NCBI GenBank assembly: GCA_019694805.1 | Contig: JAIBBG010000001.1 | Location: forward strand, 387,412 to 451,411 | Reading direction: 5' to 3' | DNA length: 64,000 nt | Source of the DNA: Flavobacteriales bacterium | Lineage (GTDB): Bacteria > Bacteroidota > Bacteroidia > Flavobacteriales_D > Sanyastnellaceae | Notes under the pieces: generated by a model | Database searches by the model: none | The model's input: the letters and a program-made list of their open reading frames with translations, nothing else | Told to the model about the DNA's origin: nothing | Shown here: positions 11,035 through 21,209 of the stretch, piece by piece | Layout: each line of letters opens with the position of its first letter | Numbering within the stretch: the first letter of the stretch is position 1 | Made by a program: the position numbers and the translations under genes

Positions 11035-13506
11035 TTATATCGGATCGATGTCCAAACTGAGTTTCACCTGCCTGAACTCATCCTTTTGTAAGAGTTTTCG
11101 AATGACCTGTATCACTTGATGTTTGAGTTCTTCACTTTCCGCTTTCTTCTCAAAGCGAACCAAGATTTGTTGCAGATAGTAATTATTGATTCGCGGAATA
11201 TAAGGTGCTTCCGGACCCAACATATGATCATGCAACATGGGTAATAGCAACCGAGAAGCAGCCATTGCCGCATTCGCAACAACACCTTCGTCTTTGTGTT
11301 TAAATGTCACATTCATCAGACGTGTAAATGGTGGATAAGCAAAATGACGACGTTCTGCAATTTCCTTTTGATACAAAGCATCATAGTTACCTTCTTTGAT
11401 CATACCGAAAATCCAATGATCGGGTTGATAGGTCTGAATGATCACTTTTCCCCGTTTGTTTTTTCTACCGGCCCTTCCGGCCACTTGCATCATGATTTGG
11501 AAACTGCGCTCTAAAGATCTGAAGTCCGGATAGTTCATCATTTTATCTGCATTCATGATGCCTACCAACGAAACATGGTCAAAATCCAAGCCCTTGGTGA
11601 CCATTTGTGTACCAACCAGTACACTGGTAACGCCACTTTCAAAATCGCCAATGATCTTCTGATAGCTGGATTTTGATCGGGTAGTATCATAATCCATACG
11701 TTGCACGCGTACACCAGGTAAAAACAAATCCAAATCTTCCTCGATTTTTTCTGTACCGAATCCCAGCATTTTCATATCCTGACTACCACACTGCTGACAA
11801 GAACCGACGGGAGGAGTGCTGTAGCCACAATAATGACACTTCAATACCAATGCGCGTTTATGATAGGTCAGACTAACGTCACATCTGGTACATGTTGGTA
11901 TCCAACCGCATTGATCACACTTCCATAGTGGTGAGTATCCTCGTCGGTTTTGAAATAATATCACTTGCTCACCACGTTCTACAGCTCCCTGAATTTCATT
12001 CAGCAACAATGAACCGAAATTACTTTTCATTGTCTTCGCCTTGATTTCATGTCTTAGATCGCTGAGCACAATTTCAGGCAATTCCATATTCCCAAATCGC
12101 TCGGTTAGTTTCACCAAGCCGAACCTACTGCTCGAGGCATTCCAGTAAGATTCAAATGAAGGCGTGGCAGAACCCAAAAGAACTTTGGCAGAGAATTTTC
12201 TGGCTAACCACAATGCGGTATCTCTTGCATGATATCGTGGTGCCGGATCGTGCTGCTTATAACTCTGCTCGTGTTCTTCATCCACAATCACAAGTCCAAG
12301 TCTTGTAAATGGCAGAAATAACGCACTTCTCGCTCCGAGTATGATATCACATTCACCTGGTAGGTCTGAAAGTACATTTTGCCAAACTTCTGTTCTTTCA
12401 TGATCACTGTATCCACTGTGATAAACTCCTACACGTTTTCCAAAAAACTTTCTGATTCGTTGAATGATCTGTGTCGTTAGTGCGATTTCTGGAAGTAGAA
12501 ACAAGACTTGTTTGCCTTGTGCTATGGTCTCTTGAATGAGATTGACATATATCTCGGTTTTACCACTCGATGTTACCCCATGGAGCAAACAAACATCTCT
12601 CTCCTTCCATTGTCTTAATATCTCCTTTCTAGCTCTTTCCTGAGCTTCAGACAACGCTTTGGCAGCTTCCTGCACAATTTGACCTGAAGTAAGTCTACCC
12701 GTTTGTTTGGTATATGAATGAAAAATGCCTTTTTCAACCATTGCATTTATGGTTGAAGATTGAATATTCTGCTTGGTCAATTTGTTTCTTTCAACTTCAA
12801 CTCTTCTACCCTGATCCCATTCAGATAGCTTTAAAAAAAGCAATAGTGCATCTGTTTGTTTTTCTGCCTTTCTTTTTTCAAGCGATGAAAAAACCGCTTG
12901 TAGTTTATGTTCACTATCTGCTTCGTCACCTAATCTGATCATCTCAATCATTTTAGGTTTGTACTTTTCGCGAATCTCCTCCTCACTCCTAATCACGCCC
13001 TTCTCAATCAAACCCTTCATCAATGGCATCACATTTTTCAACTTCAAAATATCGCTGACATCATTCACAGAAATTCTTCCTCGTGCTTTGATCGAATGTA
13101 CGATCACAAGTTCTCGCTCTGATAAGACAACGTCATCTATGTCATCCAGTAATAAAAATCTTGTTTCACCTGTGAGCTTTAATCCAGCGGGTAAAGCTGC
13201 ATTCATCACCTCACCCACTGTGCAGCAGTAATAAGTGGAGATCCACTCCCACATCAGAAGTTGATCTTCGATCACCACCGGTGAATCATCCAATACTGAG
13301 TCAATCGGTTTTGCCTGATATGCAGTTGGCGCTTTATGATGGACGTGCCTTGCAATAGCAGTATATAGTTTATTCTGGCCCAGGGGAACAATTATTCTTT
13401 TTCCCCTACCCACTTTTTCTACCAAATGCTGAGGTACACGGTAAGTGAGCATGCCCGGTAATGCCTGTGGCAATATCACATCTATGTATACCTCTTGATT
13501 GATCAT
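11035..13506 (-). CDS. priA: primosomal protein N' (replication restart helicase PriA)
   Basis: Walker A GVTSSGKTE, a DEEHE box, Cys-cluster zinc-binding insertions (CDQCGW...CTRC, CHYCGY...CQQCG), 823 aa. Confidence 0.93.
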   Translation of the reverse strand: MINQEVYIDVILPQALPGMLTYRVPQHLVEKVGRGKRIIVPLGQNKLYTAIARHVHHKAPTAYQAKPIDSVLDDSPVVIEDQLLMWEWISTYYCCTVGEVMNAALPAGLKLTGETRFLLLDDIDDVVLSERELVIVHSIKARGRISVNDVSDILKLKNVMPLMKGLIEKGVIRSEEEIREKYKPKMIEMIRLGDEADSEHKLQAVFSSLEKRKAEKQTDALLLFLKLSEWDQGRRVEVERNKLTKQNIQSSTINAMVEKGIFHSYTKQTGRLTSGQIVQEAAKALSEAQERARKEILRQWKERDVCLLHGVTSSGKTEIYVNLIQETIAQGKQVLFLLPEIALTTQIIQRIRKFFGKRVGVYHSGYSDHERTEVWQNVLSDLPGECDIILGARSALFLPFTRLGLVIVDEEHEQSYKQHDPAPRYHARDTALWLARKFSAKVLLGSATPSFESYWNASSSRFGLVKLTERFGNMELPEIVLSDLRHEIKAKTMKSNFGSLLLNEIQGAVERGEQVILFQNRRGYSPLWKCDQCGWIPTCTRCDVSLTYHKRALVLKCHYCGYSTPPVGSCQQCGSQDMKMLGFGTEKIEEDLDLFLPGVRVQRMDYDTTRSKSSYQKIIGDFESGVTSVLVGTQMVTKGLDFDHVSLVGIMNADKMMNYPDFRSLERSFQIMMQVAGRAGRKNKRGKVIIQTYQPDHWIFGMIKEGNYDALYQKEIAERRHFAYPPFTRLMNVTFKHKDEGVVANAAMAASRLLLPMLHDHMLGPEAPYIPRINNYYLQQILVRFEKKAESEELKHQVIQVIRKLLQKDEFRQVKLSLDIDPI

Positions 13507-13537
13507 AAATGCAAATTAAAACCAAATGAAGGGTGAG

Positions 13538-13570
13538 AAAAAAAGAAGGCTGCCCATTTGGACAGCCTTC
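13538..13570 (-). terminator. Rho-independent terminator of the giant adhesin gene
   Basis: On the minus strand, GAAGGCTGTCCAAATGGGCAGCCTTC is followed by TTTTTTT. Confidence 0.8.
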
Positions 13571-13589
13571 AATCTCATATTGTTTACAA

Positions 13590-16500
13590 TCAACGAATGA
13601 TCGCAATACTGCGTGTCAATTCTGTTTCGCCGTTAGAGAATCTGAAGTAATAAACGGCATCTTTCAATTCAGATATATCGTAGCTGATTTGTTTGTCTTC
13701 ACCAGCAACGAAATCTGTACTCACTATGTTATCCACCTTCCTACCAGTAATGTCGAAAACATCAACGATCCAGCGTCCAGTTTCACTTGCACGGGCGTTC
13801 ATCGAGATCAAACCTGAGTTTGCCATCCACACATGGAATAACGGCCCAGCCAATGCATTTTGAGAACTGCTGGTGATGGTTTGCGTATGACAAGTGGAGT
13901 TGCCAGTGCAATCAGATACACACCACGTTCTCAACCAAGTAATGCAACCACCATTGTCTACTGTTTCTTCTGAGTATCCCACTTCTACATCGGTATCACA
14001 ATTATCAGTTGCTGTGATTGCAGGCGGAGTTGGTGGGGTGCTGCCACAAGGAATGGTGAGATCAGCAGGATAATCACTCAAAAGAGGAGCGGTATTGTCT
14101 ACAAATGTGATCACCTGAATTTCCTGAGAAAGATTACCGCATGCATCCGTTGCTGTCCATCTTCTGGTGAAATAGGATACACAACCGAAGATCTCTGTAG
14201 ATGCTTCGAGTGCGATTTGTGGATCAACATCGCAGTTGTCAAGAGCAAATACAACATCAGATGGAACTGCATCCTGACATTCCAAAGTCAAATCACCAGG
14301 AACACCCAAAATTTGAGGAGCAACATTATCCTGAACCTCAATCTGAATGGTGTATGTATTGCTATTACTGCATCCATCAGTTACTGTCCATGTTCTTTCA
14401 ATGGTGTAAGAATTTGGACAATCACCATCAATGATATTGTCGGACATGCTCAATGTAGCATTCGAACAATCATCAGTAAAGAAAATCGAATACTGATCTT
14501 CCGCCGGAATTTCAGAACAATCTACCACGCTATTGAGAGCGGGCAATGTTTCAGGGACGAAAGATGGCAACTCTGTATCAACAATATCCATCACTTGAAT
14601 GGCACTTGCAGTATTACCGCATGCATCTTCGGCGGTGTATGTACGAACAAGATAACCTGCGCAAGAATCTTCGAAAAACTCGTCAGCATAGGTCAGTGTA
14701 ACTTCACTGCAGTCGTCATAACTGCTTACAAAGGCACCTTCCGATTCTGTACAAGACACAGTGATTTGCGATGCAAAATCAAAGAAATCCGGATCAGTTT
14801 CATCAGATACACTGATGATTTGAACATGTTCAGCCGTATTACCACAAGCATCTGTTGCAGTATATGTTCTGGTGATGGTGTAGTTGGCCGGACAGTTCCC
14901 TGCAGTAATGATCTCCGCTATGGTAACTTCAACCGCACCAGTGCAAAAATCTTCAGCAGAAATGAATTCCACATCCGGTACAGTTTCGCCACAATCCAAC
15001 ATCATGTCAGCAGGTAGTGAAGAGAATACGGGTGCATCATTATCCGTGAAAGTAATGTTCTGCATGTATTCCGTGCTATTGCCACAATCATCAGTAGCTG
15101 TATATGTTCTTTCAATCACATAACCACAATCCGTCGGAACAGTCACATCCACAGAAGTAACGGTAACACCACTGCAGTCATCTGTTGCTGTCAATTGAGC
15201 CGGCAGTGGTGTGATATCACCACACTCCAAGAAGAGGTCTTCCGGTAAACCATTGAATTGAGGAGCATCATTATCCGTAACCTGCACCAAATTGGTAACG
15301 GTCGTTCTGTTACCACAAGCATCAGTACCTTGCCATGTGTTCTGAATTAAATATGTTCCTTCACATTCTTGAGCGACGATTGCAGAAGTGAACTCAACGG
15401 ACACTGCAGAGCAATTGTCTGTGAACACTACGTCAGTTGCATTGTAAACAGGAACATTGTTGCAGGTGGTGTTCAAATTTTCAGGTACGAATTCAGCAAT
15501 AGGATCGATATTGTCTGTAATGGTGATCTGCTGAGTTGCAGTGGCTTCATTACCACAACCATCCACTGCCGTGAATGTTCTTGTAAATCCTCCTGCACAA
15601 TTTGGTTCAGACTCAGTCACGGTTACGGTAACATCGGAACAAACGTCAGTTGCAGTCGCATCTAACAATTCATATGCTTCACCACAAGAAACAGAGATAT
15701 CTGCAGGAATAAATGTGAAAATTGGCAAAGCATTATCCGTCACCGTGATTTCTTGTGTCAGCTCAGTAGAATTTCCACACTCATCAGTAGCTGTCCATAC
15801 GCGAACAAAAACATAACCACAAGATGCTGGTTCAGTAAATGCATTGAGTGTTAATTCAATGTTTTCAGGAGAAGAACAATTGTCAATAGCGCTAACTACC
15901 GCTTCTGAAATTTCTTCTCCACAACTGATGGTAGTACTCTCAGGTACTCCCAGGATTGTTGGTCCTTGCTCGTCCACAACGTTAATCACCCATGTACCCG
16001 TGGCTGTATTGCCACAACCATCGGTTATTAACCAAGTTCTTTCAATGGTGCTTGAATTCGCACATTCACCAGGTATGACAACTTCATTGACCTGTACAAT
16101 CAAGTTTCCACAATCATCCGAGTAGGTTACATCAGCACTTTCAATAGTTGGAATTGCATCGCAACTCACTGTCATATCATCTGGGAATGATGTGATAACC
16201 GGTGCTTCCTGATCACTCACCGAAATATTTTGATCGGCCGTAACGCTATTTCCGCATCCATCAGTTGCTATCCAATGACGGATGATACCTCCTGAACATC
16301 CACCTGATCCAATTTCATCTTCGAAGGTTACAACCACAGCAGAACATTCGTCAGTAGCCTCTGCCATTTCGATAGGATCAGAAGAACCTCCGTCGCATGA
16401 CAACGTCATGTCTCCAGGAACAAATGTGAAAACCGGAGGAACATTATCAAATACTTCAATAGTTTGTGATGCCACTGTTTGATTTCCGCATTCGTCTATT

Positions 16501-19439
16501 GCTGTCCACTCGCGAACAAAAGTGTATCCACAAGTATTTGGCACCGTGTAAGCATTCAGTGAAAGTTGAATATTTTCCGGTGCAGAACAGTTATCTATGG
16601 CGGCAACTACTGCTTCCTCAACAGGATTACCACAAGTAGAAGTTGAATTATCCGGAACGCCAATAATTTGAGGCGCTACATCGTCGATGACTGTGATCAC
16701 CCATGTATCTGAAACGGCATTTCCGCATGCATCCGTAAACGTCCAAGTACGTTCCAAAACATACTCATTGGCACAATCGCCCGCAAGTTGAACTTCATTG
16801 AATTCTGTGATCACATTGCCACAATCATCTTCAAATGAAACACCCGCATCATCTGATGAAGGGATGTTGCCACAACTTACTGTCATGTCTTCTGGGAATG
16901 ATGTAATCACTGGAGCAGAAAGATCACTTACAGAAATAATTTGATCGGCGGTTGCTGTATTTCCACAACCATCTACAGCCAACCAATGCCTGATGATTCC
17001 TCCTGAACATCCGCCTTCACCAACTTCATCTTCAAAAGTGATGGTCACTTCAGAACAAGCATCAGTTGCCTCTGCCATTTCCATGGGATCTCCTCCTGTT
17101 GTTCCATCACATCCAAGACTAATATTGGATGGAACGAATGTGAAAACTGGACTTTCATTATCCAATACAGTGATTGTTTGAGACGCAGAAGAAGTATTGC
17201 CACAATCATCTGTTGCAATCCATGTGCGAATAAAATCATAGCCACATTCATTCTGAACAGTTGTAGCAGTTAAGCTTACATTCACTGAAACATCGCAATC
17301 ATCGATAGCATCAACGACAGCTTCTGAAACCTCATCACCACAGTTCAATGTCGTGTTTTCAGGAATTCCAAATAGCACGGGTGGATTATTATCTACTACT
17401 GTAATTGTCCAAGTCCACTCTGATGAATTATTGCAGTCGTCTGTTAATGTCCATGTGCGATGTATTTCATAAGAACCACCACAACTGCCCGGAACAATTT
17501 CTTCATCATATGTTGTTTCAACTGTTCCGCAATTGTCATGATATTGTACCATGTCTTCAGACACGGATGGTATTTCATCACAATTCACGGTGACATCCTC
17601 AGGGAATGATGTCATCACCGGTGCATTGGCATCTACCAATGTGACAACGGTAGATTCCAAAGCCTGATTACCACAACCATCGAATGCTCTCCAGATACGC
17701 ATATAACTTCCGGCGCAATCTCCAAGTGGCACATCTGTCCAAGTGAGTTCAACACGTGAACACTGGTCTTCAACGAGCGCCAAATCCAGTTCGAATGGTT
17801 GATCACAGTTGACAGTAACAGATTCTGGAAGGAATGTGAAAATAGGATCCATCGCATCTGAAACGTGTATGGTTTGAATAGCAGTAGTTGAATTACCACA
17901 AGCATCAGTTGCAGTCCATGTGCGGATAAAAGAATATCCACATGAAGATGAATCAGTAGTTGCTGATAAAGACAATGTGACTTCTCCATCACAGTTATCG
18001 GCGGCAAAAGGAAGTGCTGGTGGAATTGCCTGTCCACAAGAAATGGTCATGTTTGCTGGCACATCGAAAATTTGTGGGGGTGTGGTATCCTCAACAGTCA
18101 CCACCCACACTTGTGATACTTCATTACCACAAGCATCTGTAAGGGTGTATGTGTATGCCATGGTGTAACTACCCGGACAAGTTCCAGGTGTTAGTTCTTC
18201 CACAACGTTTAATTGCGTATTCGCACATCCAGGTAACCACTCGACTTGTGGATCAGCCAACTCATCTGCCAATTCGCAGCTGATGGTAATATCTTCTGGA
18301 AAAACGGTGAACTCTGGTTCTCCTTCTCCAAGTAAGTAAATCGTTTGATCTGCATATGAAGTATTACCACAACCATCGTGAATGGCGTAATGTCTGATGA
18401 GTGAACCACCACATCCGGGAGTGATTATTTCGTCCTGATAAGTGATATTGACTGACGAACAATTGTCAGTTGCTGTAATAAAAATATCATTGGCAAATTC
18501 GCAAGCGATGGTGATAACGGGTTCGTATGGATCAACAGTCGGCGGAACATTGTCGATTACACTCACTGTTTGCGTCTGTACGGCCAAATGACCACACTCG
18601 TCTTCTGCCCGGCATATTTTTGTCCAGGCAGTAGCAGCGCATCCAACGTTACCGTCGATGCATGATTCATTTACATTCACGTCTCCATGTCCGCTGACAG
18701 AAGCACCATTGTATGTACCGGTATAGGTGAACCATCCACTAAAACCGTCATTTCCATTCTTGTTGTTGGCGCCAATACCCATTTGAAATCCATAGAAAAA
18801 ATCTGCGGGCAAATGAGACAATTCTAATCTGCTGCCTTCTAAAGCTCCTGCTCCGGTAAGGTCAGCAAATCCTGGCACCAATTCATAGTACATCCAATCG
18901 ATATAATTCTGACCGGCATAACCCAAATCGTTTTTATAAGATCTGCCCATGGCTGACCATGCTGCCCAATCAGCACCATTGTGTAACCACAGATCGACAT
19001 TCCATTGAAGAGATGGGTCGCCTGCATTGGCAACGAGACCCCACAAATGACCTGTGCCATCGGCATAGACCTGTAAATGACCCTCGCCTACAAAGTTCCA
19101 GGCCACCGAGGGAGCACCAAGTTCGGGCAACCAAATTGCCCAGTCAATCCCAGGGCCATTGGCTGTGGAGATCACACAATCGTGTACAATGGCACCAGTT
19201 TCACTGGTAAATGATGTCACGGTAACCGGTCCATCGCAACATGTGCTTGTTGCCTGGCAATCTGAAAATTCAGGGATGGCTTCACCGCAATTGACTGAAA
19301 GATCCTCCGGATCTCCACTGAATTGTGGTTGACATTGCGCAGATACCTGATTCAGACCAAAGGCCAGAAATGCTATGGTTAAAGTAACCGCCATAGCAAA
19401 TGAGACGCGGGAATAAATAGCGAATAGAGACGTTTTCAC
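13590..19439 (-). CDS. giant HYR-like tandem-repeat surface protein with a T9SS type A C-terminal sorting domain
   Basis: About 20 modules of ~79 aa follow the pattern P.F...P.D.T..C.......A.D.C......Y.D.......C...Y.I.R.W.A.DACGN.....Q.I.V.D. The C-terminal ~85 aa (…GRWIVDVFDITGRKV…AVYYFRFSNGETELTRSIAIIR) look like a Por secretion tail. The likely start is GTG 19439 (VKTSLFAIYSRVSFAMAVTLTIAFLAFGLNQVSA/Q) or ATG 19394. The track start at 19538 is probably too long. Confidence 0.85.
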   Translation of the reverse strand: MKTSLFAIYSRVSFAMAVTLTIAFLAFGLNQVSAQCQPQFSGDPEDLSVNCGEAIPEFSDCQATSTCCDGPVTVTSFTSETGAIVHDCVISTANGPGIDWAIWLPELGAPSVAWNFVGEGHLQVYADGTGHLWGLVANAGDPSLQWNVDLWLHNGADWAAWSAMGRSYKNDLGYAGQNYIDWMYYELVPGFADLTGAGALEGSRLELSHLPADFFYGFQMGIGANNKNGNDGFSGWFTYTGTYNGASVSGHGDVNVNESCIDGNVGCAATAWTKICRAEDECGHLAVQTQTVSVIDNVPPTVDPYEPVITIACEFANDIFITATDNCSSVNITYQDEIITPGCGGSLIRHYAIHDGCGNTSYADQTIYLLGEGEPEFTVFPEDITISCELADELADPQVEWLPGCANTQLNVVEELTPGTCPGSYTMAYTYTLTDACGNEVSQVWVVTVEDTTPPQIFDVPANMTISCGQAIPPALPFAADNCDGEVTLSLSATTDSSSCGYSFIRTWTATDACGNSTTAIQTIHVSDAMDPIFTFLPESVTVNCDQPFELDLALVEDQCSRVELTWTDVPLGDCAGSYMRIWRAFDGCGNQALESTVVTLVDANAPVMTSFPEDVTVNCDEIPSVSEDMVQYHDNCGTVETTYDEEIVPGSCGGSYEIHRTWTLTDDCNNSSEWTWTITVVDNNPPVLFGIPENTTLNCGDEVSEAVVDAIDDCDVSVNVSLTATTVQNECGYDFIRTWIATDDCGNTSSASQTITVLDNESPVFTFVPSNISLGCDGTTGGDPMEMAEATDACSEVTITFEDEVGEGGCSGGIIRHWLAVDGCGNTATADQIISVSDLSAPVITSFPEDMTVSCGNIPSSDDAGVSFEDDCGNVITEFNEVQLAGDCANEYVLERTWTFTDACGNAVSDTWVITVIDDVAPQIIGVPDNSTSTCGNPVEEAVVAAIDNCSAPENIQLSLNAYTVPNTCGYTFVREWTAIDECGNQTVASQTIEVFDNVPPVFTFVPGDMTLSCDGGSSDPIEMAEATDECSAVVVTFEDEIGSGGCSGGIIRHWIATDGCGNSVTADQNISVSDQEAPVITSFPDDMTVSCDAIPTIESADVTYSDDCGNLIVQVNEVVIPGECANSSTIERTWLITDGCGNTATGTWVINVVDEQGPTILGVPESTTISCGEEISEAVVSAIDNCSSPENIELTLNAFTEPASCGYVFVRVWTATDECGNSTELTQEITVTDNALPIFTFIPADISVSCGEAYELLDATATDVCSDVTVTVTESEPNCAGGFTRTFTAVDGCGNEATATQQITITDNIDPIAEFVPENLNTTCNNVPVYNATDVVFTDNCSAVSVEFTSAIVAQECEGTYLIQNTWQGTDACGNRTTVTNLVQVTDNDAPQFNGLPEDLFLECGDITPLPAQLTATDDCSGVTVTSVDVTVPTDCGYVIERTYTATDDCGNSTEYMQNITFTDNDAPVFSSLPADMMLDCGETVPDVEFISAEDFCTGAVEVTIAEIITAGNCPANYTITRTYTATDACGNTAEHVQIISVSDETDPDFFDFASQITVSCTESEGAFVSSYDDCSEVTLTYADEFFEDSCAGYLVRTYTAEDACGNTASAIQVMDIVDTELPSFVPETLPALNSVVDCSEIPAEDQYSIFFTDDCSNATLSMSDNIIDGDCPNSYTIERTWTVTDGCSNSNTYTIQIEVQDNVAPQILGVPGDLTLECQDAVPSDVVFALDNCDVDPQIALEASTEIFGCVSYFTRRWTATDACGNLSQEIQVITFVDNTAPLLSDYPADLTIPCGSTPPTPPAITATDNCDTDVEVGYSEETVDNGGCITWLRTWCVSDCTGNSTCHTQTITSSSQNALAGPLFHVWMANSGLISMNARASETGRWIVDVFDITGRKVDNIVSTDFVAGEDKQISYDISELKDAVYYFRFSNGETELTRSIAIIR
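15729..18086 (-). repeat. in-frame 711-nt (237-aa) super-repeat of three HYR-like modules, about 3.3 copies
   Basis: The A-B-C module triads at aa ~717-953 and ~953-1190 are closely similar, for example MEMAEATDACSEVTITFEDEVGEGGCSGGIIRHWLAVDGCGNTATADQIISVSD versus IEMAEATDECSAVVVTFEDEIGSGGCSGGIIRHWIATDGCGNSVTADQNISVSD. Antisense ORFs at 16282 and 16993 both begin MIPPEHPP and lie 711 nt apart. Confidence 0.85.
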
Positions 19440-19611
19440 GCGAGTAAAGATTAGGTTAATAAAATTGTTTTCCAGAGCAGGTTCGATTCCCACCCCTTGA
19501 CTACAAATAAAGTGAATTGCTGCGAATATTTCGACCAAACACCTGATATTTCTTATTAACTAAGTTGTTGACGATAGGAATAACCATTAATGATCTATTA
19601 AGCAGCTGAGG

Positions 19612-19646
19612 CAAAAACACAAAAGGCCCGTTAATCGGGCCTTTTG
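19612..19646 (-). terminator. clpP terminator
   Basis: GGCCCG-TTAAT-CGGGCC hairpin flanked by AAAA/TTTT, 18 nt downstream of the clpP stop. Confidence 0.75.
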
Positions 19647-19663
19647 AACATATCTTACAGAAA

Positions 19664-20347
19664 TTATGACTTCTTTTTATCCAATACTTCGTCGATCATT
19701 CCGTATTCCTTCGCCTCATTGGCAATCATCCAGTAATCTCTGTCACTATCATTCCACACTTGATCGTATGTCTTACCGCTGTGTGAAGCAATGATCTCAT
19801 AAAGTTCTTTTTTCAATTTCTGAATCTCACGCGCTGTGATTTCGATATCACTTGCCTGACCTCTTGCTCCTCCCAACGGTTGGTGAATCATCACACGAGA
19901 ATGTTTCAATCCTGTGCGCTTTCCTTTTTCACCAGCACACAATAAAACAGCACCCATACTAGCTGCCATGCCCGTGCAAATGGTAGCAACGTGAGGATTG
20001 ATGTATTGCATGGTATCATAAATACCTAATCCTGCATACACACTACCGCCCGGAGAATTGATGTAGATCTGAATGTCTTTTTTCGAGTCCGCGCTTTCGA
20101 GAAAAAGGAGCTGGGCCTGAATAATGTTCGCGATATAATCATCGATCTCTGTTCCGAGAAAAATGATACGGTCTGCCATCAATCTTGAAAACACATCAAC
20201 CTCTCGGAATGGCATGTTTCTTTCTTCAATCACGGTGCGTGTCATGTTTTCTGGTCCATACATGTGACTGATCACATCATCAACAGCAGAACTACTGATG
20301 CCAGATACACCGGTTGCATATTTTTTAAATTCTTTTCTGGTAATCAT
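19664..20347 (-). CDS. clpP: ATP-dependent Clp protease proteolytic subunit
   Basis: GMAASMGA (active-site Ser) and [10 protein letters not shown] (His) motifs, 227 aa. Confidence 0.95.
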   Translation of the reverse strand: MITRKEFKKYATGVSGISSSAVDDVISHMYGPENMTRTVIEERNMPFREVDVFSRLMADRIIFLGTEIDDYIANIIQAQLLFLESADSKKDIQIYINSPGGSVYAGLGIYDTMQYINPHVATICTGMAASMGAVLLCAGEKGKRTGLKHSRVMIHQPLGGARGQASDIEITAREIQKLKKELYEIIASHSGKTYDQVWNDSDRDYWMIANEAKEYGMIDEVLDKKKS

Positions 20348-20480
20348 TGTCTTTATTTAATAATTCATCGGCCAAATTATAAATGAAGCTCGATCAGAAT
20401 CGTTATAAAATGCCAAGATGTTCACAATACCCCTATGGACAGTTTATCCGGAATTTTTGTTTTGGTGCTAGCTTGCAGCC

Positions 20481-21209
20481 ATGTTTCGCCTCACCATTGA
20501 TCAAGGCAACAGCCTGACCAAGTGTACGATTTTCTCCGAAACAGATGTTTTGGACCATGCCGTTGCAGCAGACCACGAATTGTCTTCCATTCTGGAAGGC
20601 TTCATCAAACGCTATCCGATTCATTCTGCCATTTATTCTTCAGTAAGGGAAAAGGATGATGGGTTAAAAATCATGCGCGATTCCGGCATTCCCACTGTAA
20701 GGATGGAACACAGCCTACGTTTCCCTTTTACGATAGACTACCTATCACCCGAATCGCTGGGAACGGATAGATTAGCAAATGCTGCTGGTGCACTTAAAAT
20801 GTTTCCTGGAAAAAATTGTTTGGTGCTTGATTTTGGAACTTGTCTTACCTACAGCGTCATAGCTCAAGGTGCATTCAAAGGAGGGTCTATTTCACCAGGC
20901 ATGGATATCAGGTTAAGATCTTTGGCAACTTTTACCGGAAAATTACCTTGGGTAAAATTTCAGGAAATGTGGCCAGAACTGATGGGTAACACGACAGAAA
21001 ACTCGATTCTATCCGGCGTAATACACGGGATAGTTGCTGAAACAGAAGGTATGATCCAAAACTATTGTAGTCAAATTCCCGAATTAAACGTCATCATAAC
21101 CGGTGGTCATCATCCGTTTTTTGAACCTCATCTTAAAAGCACCATTTTTGCCGCCCCGTTATTAACGCCGAAAGGACTTCATGAAATACTCTTGCTCAAC
21201 GAAGCATAA
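20481..21209 (+). CDS. coaX: type III pantothenate kinase
   Basis: LTIDQGNSLTK (ASKHA phosphate-1 motif), GTDR and ITGG motifs, 242 aa. Confidence 0.85.
   Translation: MFRLTIDQGNSLTKCTIFSETDVLDHAVAADHELSSILEGFIKRYPIHSAIYSSVREKDDGLKIMRDSGIPTVRMEHSLRFPFTIDYLSPESLGTDRLANAAGALKMFPGKNCLVLDFGTCLTYSVIAQGAFKGGSISPGMDIRLRSLATFTGKLPWVKFQEMWPELMGNTTENSILSGVIHGIVAETEGMIQNYCSQIPELNVIITGGHHPFFEPHLKSTIFAAPLLTPKGLHEILLLNEA

Noticed and set aside
14217-15017. 266-aa ORF, and many 60-140-aa ORFs between 14200 and 19210, opposite or out of frame with the giant adhesin gene
   Set aside because: These are shadow ORFs created by the repetitive, stop-poor coding sequence. Their similarity to each other (for example the MIPPEHPP pair) only mirrors the 711-nt repeat on the coding strand.
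19480-19490. GGTTCGATTCC, an exact tRNA T-loop-like 11-mer upstream of the adhesin gene, considered as a possible tRNA or att-site remnant
   Set aside because: The flanks do not form a T-stem (GCAGG versus CCCAC pairs only 3 of 5). No acceptor, D or anticodon arms can be drawn in the preceding 70 nt, and no integrase is nearby. It could still be a decayed tRNA fragment, but the evidence is too thin.
19440-19538. Upstream 33-codon extension of the giant adhesin ORF
   Set aside because: The extension (MVEIFAAIHFICSQGVGIEPALENNFINLIFTR) has no signal-peptide character. A proper signal peptide begins at GTG 19439 or ATG 19394.
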